From contig JAIQFY010000010.1 of the NCBI GenBank assembly GCA_020072965.1, positions 108,243 to 172,242 on the forward strand: a DNA stretch of 64,000 nt, given 5' to 3'. A model generated the notes under the pieces. The model saw only the letters and a list, made by a program, of their open reading frames with translations. It had not been told where the DNA came from and made no database searches. The position numbers were made by a program, and so were the translations under genes. Below are positions 39,717 through 49,357 of this stretch, one piece after another. Source of the DNA: Terriglobia bacterium. GTDB lineage: Bacteria; Acidobacteriota; Terriglobia; JAIQFV01. How positions within the stretch are numbered: position 1 is the stretch's first letter; the number at the start of each line of letters is the position of its first letter.

Positions 39717-42380
39717 CTACCTTGCGTTTTTCCCCACTGCCATGCTCGAGCCGTCGTCTCCAAAGAAGTTGAGCGTTGTGCTGGCCCCGCCTGTCGCGCT
39801 CAGCAGAATAAACTGAGTCGTGAATCCTCCACCGGCGGCGATTTGAGGGAAGATCATAGGGCTTGGGGCAGGCTGATTCACGTCCGCGATTGGAAAAGTG
39901 GTCAACAGAAAATCTCCGCCCGTGGCACTGAGTGAGCGAAGAGTGAGCGCCGCGAAGGGAGTCGCCGGGAGGAATATCGTTGGTAGTGAAGTGACATCCA
40001 AAACTCCGGTGAAGCCCTCGGGCAGGGATGCAATGAAAAACTGGTTGGCAAACTTAGCCGCATGTCCGTTGGGGTCGAGATCCAGGCTCCCCGTCGCGAC
40101 CGGCGTGATCCCATCCGCTTCAAATGCCGTGATCGAAGCATGAAGAGGCACACTCCCGGCAATGGCGATGGCCACCCCCGTGTTGTGCCGGTTCGTCAGA
40201 TCAACGTAGAGGCGTGCATGAGTGGTTAGATTTGCCGAGGGGATACCGGACTCGGTGACGAGATTACCAGCTCTCCGGAGACTGAATATCCCAGCGCCGA
40301 CCGGGGTCGTGGTCCCGGAATCTGGTGTAAGCTGGACCGAGCCTGCATTCACGAATTGCGGCGATCCGTCGGTCTGAAAGATGAAAACTCCCTCCGGGGG
40401 GATCAAGTATGGGAACGAGGATCCCGACGAACCGTTGATCGCATTCACCGATAGAGGAGAACCGGAATCGCTGAAGATTTTCAGATTCCCCGTCTCCACC
40501 CCCTCGGAGGTGTTCAGGAGCACCAGGGTCGTCCGGTAACCCCCTCCATCCACCAGTTGAGGAAAGGAAAGAGGATCTTGCGACGGGGCCTTGGTCAAAT
40601 CCGCGATGGGTGTGGTTGTCAGTAGCGTTTCCGATTGCTGGTTGGTAGTCAACCGCAACGCCACGATGGACATCGGTTCTTCGCTCGTGATCTCCAAAGA
40701 CCCAAATCCAACCTCAGTCGGAAAGTTCGGCGGCACAACCAAGCCGGGAGCCAGCTCAGTAATGAAGTTTGCCAGGTGAGCTTTTGAGGGGAGAGTTATA
40801 GCGCCTGAAGCCAGGACTTTCCCTTGTGAATCCCGTAACTTCAAGGCGATCTGAGCCGTATTTGTCCCAAGGTTAACCACGGCGAGCCCCGTGTTGACAC
40901 TGATTGCGCCTGAGCTCTCCTGATTGGACTTCGAAGGGACTACATTTCGATAATCAATAAAAATCCGGGCATCCAAAGTCGGGGGGGAAGCGGGGACGCC
41001 CGCCTCACTGACCACCACACCGTTCTGAACAAGGCTGAACACGGCAACTCCGTATGGCGCACTTCCCGAATTCGTATCAACGGTTGCGTAGCCTGCCTCA
41101 ACATTGCCGATTCTACCCAGCGTCGAAAGGGTGCCCGATCCTCCTGCCGTAACGGCGAGGGTCACGGAGCTCTTCGGGGTCAGGCAGGTGCTCAGATCAA
41201 TGTAAAGGTTGTTGAGAGAAGAATTGAACGCCGCCAAGTCGGGCTGTCCATCCCCGTTGAAGTCACCACTGATGAGGGAGCGCCCACCCACAGCGGCACT
41301 TAGGGTTGGGCCGATCTTAAAAGTCCCGTCCCCGTTCCCCCATAGAACTGAAACGTCCTTGGTGAATTGGTTGATCCCCGCCAAATCCGTTTTGCCATCT
41401 CCATCAAAGTCAGCCGTTACAAACGGACTCAGGCCGGCGGTGGCAAGATCTATCACAGGGGCCTGAAATGTTCCATCCCCATTGCTGAGTAAAACGGAAA
41501 TGACGCTGGCCTTCGACGCCGCTAGGTCGGTCTTCCCATCCCCGTTGAAATCGCCCGTTGCAACCAGTCCATCAAAACTGGATCCACCCAAGAAGCTCGA
41601 ACCTGGTTGGAAAGTCCCATCACCTTTCCCAAGCAAAATCGAGATCTCGCTGGTGGTCGCCACGGCCAAGTCTGTCTTCCCGTCACCATTAAAATCACCG
41701 GCAGCCAACGATTTGGGGGAAGACACAATCCCAATGTCCTGCGATGGCTGAAAAGTCCCGTCGCCCTTCCCCAGAATGATCGACACCCCTGTGAAACTGA
41801 CTACAGCCAAATCGAGTTTGTTGTCCTTGTTAAAATCGGCCACTGCTACATAGATCAAGATCGACCCCGGCACAAACACCAAAGGAGATTGGAAGGCGCC
41901 ATCACCTTTCCCAAGCCAAATCGAAACGGTGCTGGGACCTTGGAAATGTATGCTGCCGCCATTCTCAATCAGGACCAGATCCACCTTTCCATCCCCGTTA
42001 AAATCCCCCACGGCAGCGGAACTCACACTTCCTCCGCGAGTGTCCGAGTTGATGGGCAAGCGGAATGTTCCATCGCCGTTGCCGAGAAGGACAACAACAG
42101 AGAATGCGAGTGAGTTGATGTTGCCCCTATGGCTGAATCCAATGACATCGGAAATTCCATCCCCATTAAGGTCTCCAGCCACCACGAAAGAATCTCCTAA
42201 GTTGAGGTTAACGGTGGGAGCACCTAGAAAACCTGGGGTTGTGCACCCACTGGAGGCGTGCAATACCGATATTGGACCGTTGCATAATGCAAGAAGATAG
42301 ATGCTGAGTACCAACATGAAAGGAAAAAATTCGAAGGAACGGCGGCTTTTGTTCAGTATAGTCATTGCTGTGCACCTCAA
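39717..42380 (-). CDS. Secreted FG-GAP/VCBS repeat protein (paralogue, fewer repeats)
   Basis: Signal peptide; about 6 FG-GAP repeats; same C-terminal region ending FFGDDGS..AVGK..R. Confidence 0.9.
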   Translation of the reverse strand: MRCTAMTILNKSRRSFEFFPFMLVLSIYLLALCNGPISVLHASSGCTTPGFLGAPTVNLNLGDSFVVAGDLNGDGISDVIGFSHRGNINSLAFSVVVLLGNGDGTFRLPINSDTRGGSVSSAAVGDFNGDGKVDLVLIENGGSIHFQGPSTVSIWLGKGDGAFQSPLVFVPGSILIYVAVADFNKDNKLDLAVVSFTGVSIILGKGDGTFQPSQDIGIVSSPKSLAAGDFNGDGKTDLAVATTSEISILLGKGDGTFQPGSSFLGGSSFDGLVATGDFNGDGKTDLAASKASVISVLLSNGDGTFQAPVIDLATAGLSPFVTADFDGDGKTDLAGINQFTKDVSVLWGNGDGTFKIGPTLSAAVGGRSLISGDFNGDGQPDLAAFNSSLNNLYIDLSTCLTPKSSVTLAVTAGGSGTLSTLGRIGNVEAGYATVDTNSGSAPYGVAVFSLVQNGVVVSEAGVPASPPTLDARIFIDYRNVVPSKSNQESSGAISVNTGLAVVNLGTNTAQIALKLRDSQGKVLASGAITLPSKAHLANFITELAPGLVVPPNFPTEVGFGSLEITSEEPMSIVALRLTTNQQSETLLTTTPIADLTKAPSQDPLSFPQLVDGGGYRTTLVLLNTSEGVETGNLKIFSDSGSPLSVNAINGSSGSSFPYLIPPEGVFIFQTDGSPQFVNAGSVQLTPDSGTTTPVGAGIFSLRRAGNLVTESGIPSANLTTHARLYVDLTNRHNTGVAIAIAGSVPLHASITAFEADGITPVATGSLDLDPNGHAAKFANQFFIASLPEGFTGVLDVTSLPTIFLPATPFAALTLRSLSATGGDFLLTTFPIADVNQPAPSPMIFPQIAAGGGFTTQFILLSATGGASTTLNFFGDDGSSMAVGKNAR

Positions 42381-42775
42381 AACCAGAGTGTTATTGAAAC
42401 CGAGATCGCTCCGGGCGCTATACCATTCAGAGGAGGGGTCAATGAGGTTTAGGTCGGATGGGTGGTCTGATGACTTAAGTCAAGGGGGATTGCCCAGAGT
42501 TGCGATTCTTGGGAGACCGAATCTGGCGCTGAAGCCTCAACAGCCCCGGCCTACAAATCAATTCTCGACCGCTTCCCAGAAAAAGTCAAAGGATTACTGA
42601 GAGATAATACCCTTATGCACAGTAGATTGAGGAGAGTGAGCATGCCCGGACAATCAACCTCAGAATCCGCTCACCCTTGCATGACACGCATTTGATCAAT
42701 TCGGGATTGTTACGAATTCTCCCTTCGTGCCTGAACAGCGAGCCCGAATCTCCTTACTGATGCGGCATCCGGGCC

Positions 42776-44320
42776 TTATTTCTCCAGCTTCAGCTTTTCA
42801 CCAAACGGTTTTTCCAGCCCGTGCTTGGCGGCAGCGAGGGCGCCGCGGGTATCCTCTCCTAGTTGCACCGCACCAGCATACTCGCGAACAGCGCTTTCAC
42901 GTTCGCCTTCCAGGTCGAAGAGCCGCCCCAGGTACACATGCGACCAGGCCTTGGTGGCGTTGTCGGCATTCTTGTCCTGAAGCGCCTGCTCGAAATAAGA
43001 CCTCGCGTCTTCAAGATTCCGCTGCATGCTGCAGGCAACGCCCAGCCCATAGAGCGCTTTTGACCGCAAATCCGCATCCGACTCGGCGATTTGTTTAAAG
43101 ATTTTCTTAGCCGATTCGTACTTTTCTTCGCTGATCAGGTCTTCAGCCTCATCCAGCTTCTTTTCATTCTCGGTCCGTGGGCGCTTGGGAGGCGCCGGGG
43201 TGGGTGGGACCGGAACCAGAGCGAGCGAGGCGGCATACTTCTTTTCGGCCTCGATGTCGATTGATTCCACCATGTCGCCCAGGGCCTCCCGGATCCCTTG
43301 TTCTCCCTTTTCAAACTCTTGAAACTGAGTGTAGAAATGCTTGATTAGAAAAAATCCTGAGGCGGCATTCCGCGTGAGTTCGTCATCGGCTTTGGCCGCC
43401 GGAAGTTTTCGCATACGGAGCTCCGCCGCACGGATCACGCACTCGATCGCGTAGAGCACGAAATCCTTTCTAAACTGGGGATCGAGGTTGGGATTCTTCG
43501 ATGCCACCTCCATCAATGCTTGCTTGTGAAAAAACCGGTTGGCATATTTCAGGCTCAGCGGATCGAGGACAAAATGCAAGAATTGATGCCGGATTTCATC
43601 CAGGTTGGCCCGTGGCGCGGGACTGATGACCAAATAGTAATCCTCGCCGTAATTGCGCGCCAGGGCCGCAGAACTGGCTCCGAGCATATCAATCGCGATC
43701 GAGTAGCGGCGTCCCAGATAGGAGGAAGAGGGCAGCCGGAGGTAGGCCTCGGTTTGCTGAACGGTCCGCATGATGGGGGCCTGTTGTGCCTCTATATAGG
43801 CTTCTATCGTCGGCTGGGCATTTCCCCAAAGCTTCTCTAAATGAGTTGCTTCGTAAAATTCCTTTACCAGGGGCTGAAATTCCTCGATGGGCAGCACATC
43901 GGGAGGCAGCTTGTCATGGCTCCAGACGAAACGCCATTTCGGAGGCTGATCGAGCACCAGCGCCAGCGACACGTATCTGGACAACTCCGCACTGCGGTCG
44001 GGTCCCTCCTGATGCGACACATAAAATTGTTTCAGCTTCTCACGCAGTTCGGCCGGAAGATCTTTATCGATCGCGTTTTGAACCTGCTGACGGACCGCGG
44101 CGACGCCAGGAGTGCCTGCCGAGCCAAAACCAAATCCCGCGGCGTGGAGTGCCGACAGCACTGTGAACAGGCGGACGTCACCATCCAGGGTAATCATCGA
44201 CTGCTGTGCGCACAGCGGAGAAACAAGTAGCAATCCCAGGTACGCTATCTTCCCGATCAACCGGGTGGCCCATTCAACGGTTTGTGAACTCATTCGACCT
44301 TTCCATCCCCTCCCGAGCAT
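42776..44320 (-). CDS. Exported hypothetical protein with degenerate zincin-like motif and C-terminal TPRs
   Basis: Signal-like N-terminus; IRHQFLH; Pro-rich linker; TPR motifs (ALYGLG, VYLGRLFDLEG). Confidence 0.75.
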   Translation of the reverse strand: MLGRGWKGRMSSQTVEWATRLIGKIAYLGLLLVSPLCAQQSMITLDGDVRLFTVLSALHAAGFGFGSAGTPGVAAVRQQVQNAIDKDLPAELREKLKQFYVSHQEGPDRSAELSRYVSLALVLDQPPKWRFVWSHDKLPPDVLPIEEFQPLVKEFYEATHLEKLWGNAQPTIEAYIEAQQAPIMRTVQQTEAYLRLPSSSYLGRRYSIAIDMLGASSAALARNYGEDYYLVISPAPRANLDEIRHQFLHFVLDPLSLKYANRFFHKQALMEVASKNPNLDPQFRKDFVLYAIECVIRAAELRMRKLPAAKADDELTRNAASGFFLIKHFYTQFQEFEKGEQGIREALGDMVESIDIEAEKKYAASLALVPVPPTPAPPKRPRTENEKKLDEAEDLISEEKYESAKKIFKQIAESDADLRSKALYGLGVACSMQRNLEDARSYFEQALQDKNADNATKAWSHVYLGRLFDLEGERESAVREYAGAVQLGEDTRGALAAAKHGLEKPFGEKLKLEK

Positions 44321-44453
44321 TTACCCTACGTCAGGCGGCGAAGATCATACGCTGAAAAGCCTCGCAAATATTCCCTGAAATTGCAAGCCTCACTTCCGCC
44401 ATTTACATTCCAGACGTAGAACAAGTGGCCCAATATGATAAGATAAACTCAGT

Positions 44454-45029
44454 ATGCGAAAAGGGTTGAAATCCGCACCGGTTCTACTCGCCATCGTCCT
44501 GTTGATGTCATGTGGAGGGAGGCAGGATAAGAGGCTCGCTCAGAACATCGAATCACTCCAAATCGCGGATGTGGCGGAAACGGACCTGAAAGTCAGTTCA
44601 TTCCATCCGCACGGAAAAGACGAAGCCATCCTGGTGGCGGATGTTCACACGGCATTCCTCATGAAACGGAATTCGCGGGGGGAATGGGAGATTCAATCCG
44701 TCCGCATGGGCGATCGCAATTGGGAGGACGCGAAGGATTTTGCCCGGGCACTAAACCAGGTGCGGCTCGAACGCGTCAAGAGAGATTTCGAGAAAATTGC
44801 GAATGCCCTCGAAAAGTACCAGGCCCAGACAAAAACCTTGCCCGCCATCAAGGGGATCGGCCCCCTTGTGGATCTCTTGTTCCCGACCTATCTGGCAGAA
44901 GCAGTGCGGGTCGATCCCTGGGCAACAGAATATGACTACCAACTCAGCACACCCACTTCATACGTCCTGATTTCCGCTGGGCCGGACCGCAAGTTTGGGA
45001 CTGGCGACGACATCCGGTTCGAGCATTAA
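44454..45029 (+). CDS. Lipoprotein with C-terminal GspG/pseudopilin-like domain
   Basis: Lipobox LMSC; DPWATEYDY...LISAGPDRKFGTGDDI is a T2SS-G C-terminal signature. Confidence 0.7.
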   Translation: MRKGLKSAPVLLAIVLLMSCGGRQDKRLAQNIESLQIADVAETDLKVSSFHPHGKDEAILVADVHTAFLMKRNSRGEWEIQSVRMGDRNWEDAKDFARALNQVRLERVKRDFEKIANALEKYQAQTKTLPAIKGIGPLVDLLFPTYLAEAVRVDPWATEYDYQLSTPTSYVLISAGPDRKFGTGDDIRFEH

Positions 45030-45187
45030 ACGGACGCGGACAAACACGGAACACACGGAGAAGTAATAACAGCTATCCATGGATTTGAACCTTGTCGTTG
45101 TACGGACCAGCCAAAATGCAAACCGGCTGGCGATGACAAGAGTCAGGTCAGGCCAGCCGGAATAACATTCTTAATCCCGCCGGAACC

Positions 45188-45763
45188 TCAAGGAAATTTC
45201 GTCACGGCGTCCACGACCTGCTGATCGGGCAAAAGCTTGCCTTCCACGTTTTCCCAGAGGATTTTCCCGTCTGTTCCCACCAGAAAGTACGTTCGCTTGG
45301 CCACCACGGAATGGATTCCCGGGACGTTGATTTCATGTTCGATGTGATAGTCCTTCACCACCTTGCGTTCCATATCACTCAGCAGAGGAAAGGGCAGACT
45401 CAGACTTTCTCTGAATTTATCCTGGGAAAAGGGTGTGTCGGTGCTGATTCCCCACACTTCGATGTTCTTGGCCTTTAACTTTTCATAATTCTCTCTGAAC
45501 CCAGAGAGCTCGGTCGTTCAACCCCCGGTGAAATCGAAAACATAAAAGGCCAGAAGGACCTTTTTTTTGCCGCGCATGTCACTCAATTTCATCGGGGTGA
45601 GTTTGGCTCCGGAGGGGAGGGCAAAGTCCGGTGCTGCGTCTCCCACCTTGGGGGGTTGCTCGCCGGTACTGACGGGAGGGGACGCACTTTGAGCTACTAA
45701 GGCTAATGTGGCCATCAGCATTACAGCCACAAAAAGGGACAAAACTAGAAACGTTTTTTTCAT
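45188..45763 (-). CDS. Exported peroxiredoxin (AhpC/TSA family), probable selenoprotein
   Basis: ORFs 45518-45778 and 45188-45457 are in frame. Readthrough gives VGDAAPDF...[14 protein letters not shown](45520-45518)[11 protein letters not shown]...[12 protein letters not shown]. Signal peptide MKKTFLVL...ALVAQ. Hairpin at 45491-45508. Confidence 0.88.
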
Positions 45764-45865
45764 TGATTCCTTCCTCAAGAAACGAGATTCGGACCGATTT
45801 CTGTTAGGGTCACCGCACTATAGCCAATCTCTCAACAACATGCAAGAGACGAATGTGAAGCGTCC

Positions 45866-46876
45866 TTATCCCTTGGTGGCGATACCTTCGAGTTTCCTGA
45901 GGTTGGAGGGGTCTCCCATCGCGATCAGGCAGTCGCCGGCCCCGATGCGTGTCTCCGAGGTGGGGTTGAACACCATGTTTCCATCCGCCTTCTTCATCGC
46001 CAGCACAATGACGTTCAATTCCTGGCGAATCCCGGAATCCTGCAGGGTTCGATCGGAAAGGGCGCAACCCTTGCTGATAGGAATCTCCTCGATTGCGAGG
46101 TTTAATTTCTCAGCGCCCATGGTCGAGGTCGCCACATCAAGAAAATCATAGACGTTGGGTCGAAGCATCGCTTGGGCAATCCGGTGTCCTGTGAAAATGT
46201 AAGGGGAGATGACCTCAGTCGCCCCGGCGCGCCGTAATTTTTCCTCTGCGTCTTCTTCGCTTGCCCGCGCGATGATAGGCAAATCTTGTCTCAGGCCGCG
46301 CGCTGTTAGCGTGACATAAACGTTGTCGGCATCGGAGGTAATGACACTGATTAACCCCCTCGCCCGCTCGATACCTGCATCTTTCAACACCGTCTCTTTG
46401 GTGGAGTCTCCCAGGATGACCAGGGCGCCCTCTTCTTGCATCCGGTTTGCCTTGGCCTCGTCTCTTTCAATGACCACAAAAGTGACGGAGTGCAAGCGGA
46501 ACTCCTTCGCCACCCGCCGGCCCACACGACCTGCTCCACAGATGATGAAATGATCTTTGAGCTGTTGAATTTCCTTTTCCATGCGCCTCCGTCCCAGTAT
46601 TGTGTGAACTTCCAGGCTGATGAAATACTGCACCAAACTGGTCACCGTAAACCCCGCGGCCCCGATCCCGAGCACCACGATGACTACCGTGAGCAATTTG
46701 CCCGCCGGGCTAATCTCGAGAATGCCGTCGTAGCCCAGCGTGGTCACGGTGATGACCGTGACGTAAAAGCTTCGACCATAGCTCCAGCGCTCAATGAAAT
46801 GAAATCCCAGCGTCCCGATGCCATTTACGATCAGCATCAGGAGGAGGATGAGGTAGATTCTGTAAGATAACTTCAA
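45866..46876 (-). CDS. Potassium channel with TrkA-N/TrkA-C (RCK) domains
   Basis: TVTTLGYD pore; GAGRVG Rossmann motif; RCK-C. Confidence 0.92.
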   Translation of the reverse strand: MKLSYRIYLILLLMLIVNGIGTLGFHFIERWSYGRSFYVTVITVTTLGYDGILEISPAGKLLTVVIVVLGIGAAGFTVTSLVQYFISLEVHTILGRRRMEKEIQQLKDHFIICGAGRVGRRVAKEFRLHSVTFVVIERDEAKANRMQEEGALVILGDSTKETVLKDAGIERARGLISVITSDADNVYVTLTARGLRQDLPIIARASEEDAEEKLRRAGATEVISPYIFTGHRIAQAMLRPNVYDFLDVATSTMGAEKLNLAIEEIPISKGCALSDRTLQDSGIRQELNVIVLAMKKADGNMVFNPTSETRIGAGDCLIAMGDPSNLRKLEGIATKG

Positions 46877-46962
46877 GGTTGGATCCCGGCCTGATGAACT
46901 GCCTGATGAGCGGGATGGTAAGGGAAGGCCCTCCCTGCGTCAACTCAAAACTCGAGGCCTTG

Positions 46963-46991
46963 TTGCTTGCACTGCGGGGCTATGCTATAAA
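46963..46991 (+). promoter_or_regulatory. Putative promoter upstream of the repeat-rich moaDE leader
   Basis: TTGCTT-17 nt-TATAAA with TG extension. Confidence 0.5.
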
Positions 46992-46998
46992 CGAATTC

Positions 46999-47180
46999 AG
47001 GTGTCGGGTGTCCGGTGCCAGGTGCCAGAAAGTTGGAAACACGAGTGAGAGGCCGGGAACAGAAGTCGGAAGTCAGAGGTCGGAACGTAGAGTCGAAAAG
47101 GCAGATATTCCAGGGATTGTACTTCGGACTTTGAACTTTGAACCTTGAACTTTGAACTGGATTTCTTGGGCTTTGGACTC
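46999..47180. repeat. Composite 7-nt repeat block (AGGTGCC, AGAAGTC and ACTTTGA types)
   Basis: aggtgtc gggtgtc cggtgcc aggtgcc; agaagtc ggaagtc agaggtc; actttga actttga accttga actttga. Confidence 0.85.
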
Positions 47181-47189
47181 TTCTAAATC

Positions 47190-47894
47190 ATGAAAGTTCA
47201 AGTTCTTTACTTCGCCTACTGTCGTGACCTGATGGGTCGGGAGCGCGAGTGGTTGACTCTTGATGACAGCGCGCGCGTTTCGGACCTGCTGGCAAAGTGT
47301 CTTTCTGAGAAGCCTGCCCTGGAACCGCTCCGCCGGAACCTTCTCGTTGCAGTCAACCAGGAATATGCCCAATCCGATCAGCTTCTTGCGGATGGTGATG
47401 AAGTTGCCCTCTTTCCCCCGGTCAGTGGTGGCGCTGTGGAGGTCGAGGCCCTTCGGGATTTCTATGCCGTCACACACACGCCGATCGATTCTGCCCAAGT
47501 CATCCAGGCGTTGAAACGGCCCGAGGACGGGGCGGTCGTGGTCTTCGATGGGATTGTTCGCAACAACTCCCGCGGCAAGCGGACGAGGTACGTGGAATAT
47601 CACGGGTACGAGCCCATGGCGCTGAAGAAAATTCGTGAAATCGGCGAACGGATCAAATCCATGTGGGACATCGACGGTGTTGCCATTACCCACCGGCTCG
47701 GCCATTTGGACATCGGGGAATCGAGCGTGCTGATTGTGGTAACTTCGGCCCACCGCAAAGCTGCGTTTGATGCCTGCCACTACGCCATTGATCTCCTCAA
47801 GAAGACCGTTCCGATTTGGAAGAAAGAGTGCTTTGAGGACGGCGAAATGTGGATTGAAGGCGATGTGCCGGTAAAAGCCTGCCGCGAGCACTGA
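47190..47894 (+). CDS. Fused MoaD-MoaE molybdopterin synthase
   Basis: MoaD part ending ALFPPVSGG, then MoaE (GAVVVFDGIVRN, HRLGHL, PIWKKE). Confidence 0.93.
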   Translation: MKVQVLYFAYCRDLMGREREWLTLDDSARVSDLLAKCLSEKPALEPLRRNLLVAVNQEYAQSDQLLADGDEVALFPPVSGGAVEVEALRDFYAVTHTPIDSAQVIQALKRPEDGAVVVFDGIVRNNSRGKRTRYVEYHGYEPMALKKIREIGERIKSMWDIDGVAITHRLGHLDIGESSVLIVVTSAHRKAAFDACHYAIDLLKKTVPIWKKECFEDGEMWIEGDVPVKACREH

Positions 47895-47905
47895 TTGGAA
47901 GGGCC

Positions 47906-47929
47906 AGCCTTCCTCCGGGAGGTTTTTTT
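47906..47929 (+). terminator. Intrinsic terminator after moaDE
   Basis: AGCCTTCC-TCCG-GGAGGTT followed by a T tract. Confidence 0.7.
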
Positions 47930-48098
47930 GCCGTTCGGGTTATTTTGGCTCCGCTTCTGAACCAACGCTCCCCCAGTTTACGGCATCCAAGGTGAATGAA
48001 AAAGTCGATTAGGGAGAGTCGCGAGCCAGGAGCGAAGTCAGGGCTCCTGTCCGACCGGCCTCTGAAGGTTTCCTCCATGCAACCAGAAAACCTCGCCA

Positions 48099-49121
48099 AT
48101 GATTAAACAGATGGCTCCCTCCCACTCAGCACCAGTGGCGGTGAACCGCCTGGTCCGCTGCACCTTTTGTTCTTTTATCCTCCTTTCAATATTCGGTGGG
48201 ACGAAGATCCTTCTTTGTGCCCCTCCGCAAGCCGGCCCAGGCGGCGCAAAACAGTTGCAGGAAAGGGCGGCACCAGGCCAGGAAACCCCAACGGCGCGAT
48301 TCAAAGTGGACGTCAACTTGACCGTGGTTTACGCCACCGTGACTAATCCGAACGGGTGGGTGGACCGGAGTTTGACGCGTGAAGACTTTGAGCTTAAAGA
48401 AAATGGACAGAAGCAGGAGATAGCATTCTTCAGCCGGGAGTCCGAATTGCCCTTGAGGGTTGCCTTGCTGGTGGATTCAAGTCTGAGCACGGCTCGCGAC
48501 CTGAAATTCGAATCCGAGGCGGCAATCCGGTTCTTCCGGTCGGTACTGCGGCCGCAGGATGGGGGCTCCGTATTTGAGTTTTCATACGATGTCCACCAGC
48601 TCACCAACTATACCAACGACATCGAGGCCTTATCGCGAGGGATCAGGGCCATTTCCCCAGAGACCGCCACCTCTCTCTTTGACGCTATATACCTGGCCTC
48701 CGACACGCTGAAGTCCCGCAAGCAGAAGAAGGTCATGGTCATCGTCTCGGACGGGGCAGATACCACGAGCAAGATCAGCTATGCGCAGGCGCTTCGGGCC
48801 GCCAACGAAGCCGAAGCCATCATCTTTTCGGTCATCATCATGCCGGTGAAGAGTGACGCCGGCAGGGCGCTGGGCGGTGAGCATGCCCTGATGACGCTTT
48901 CGGAAGAGACTGGCGGAATGTCGTTTTTCCCTAATACCATTACCGAGCTGGATAGCATCTACTCGAAAATCAGCGAGGAGTTGCGCACTCAGTACACGCT
49001 GGGATTTTATTCCACGGTCAATGCGCCCTCAACTCAACTGCGGCGCATCACGCTCACAACCCGCAATCCCCGCCTCACGGTCCGAACCCGTCGAGGGTAC
49101 TTCTCTAAACCGGGCTCGTAA
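48099..49121 (+). CDS. VWA-domain protein (acidobacterial type)
   Basis: FKVDVNL; DSSLS MIDAS; TSLFDAIY; VSDGADT; ELRTQYTLG; RTRRGY. Confidence 0.88.
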   Translation: MIKQMAPSHSAPVAVNRLVRCTFCSFILLSIFGGTKILLCAPPQAGPGGAKQLQERAAPGQETPTARFKVDVNLTVVYATVTNPNGWVDRSLTREDFELKENGQKQEIAFFSRESELPLRVALLVDSSLSTARDLKFESEAAIRFFRSVLRPQDGGSVFEFSYDVHQLTNYTNDIEALSRGIRAISPETATSLFDAIYLASDTLKSRKQKKVMVIVSDGADTTSKISYAQALRAANEAEAIIFSVIIMPVKSDAGRALGGEHALMTLSEETGGMSFFPNTITELDSIYSKISEELRTQYTLGFYSTVNAPSTQLRRITLTTRNPRLTVRTRRGYFSKPGS

Positions 49122-49179
49122 TTTCAAACGTTTCCCGCAATTATTTCTACCCCGGGACGATTTCGCGGCTATAATCCAA

Positions 49180-49357
49180 CTTCGGTTAGAGACGACCTTT
49201 CAACCTGAATTTCGAAATGTGAACACCGATGAGTGCGCCGGGTTGGCGGGGTGCCGCGAGAATGGTGCGGCTCCGGAAGCAGGATGTCTGATCTACCCTT
49301 CACGACGACTCGGATTACGGGTCCCCACGGCCACCCAACGGGGACTAGACACCGAAG
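49180..49357 (+). ncRNA. Candidate ~180-nt structured non-coding RNA (unassigned, possibly 6S-like)
   Basis: TATAAT at 49170-49175; closing stem CUUCGGU/ACCGAAG; internal hairpins GCCGC/GCGGC and GUCCCC/GGGGAC; U-rich tail; no credible ORF. Confidence 0.4.

Noticed and set aside
49240..49290. Assignment of the candidate RNA to SRP, tmRNA, RNase P or the raiA motif
   Set aside because: Only short fragments (GGAAGCAG; GAGAAUGGUGCGGCU) resemble my recollection of those RNAs. Their other diagnostic elements are missing.
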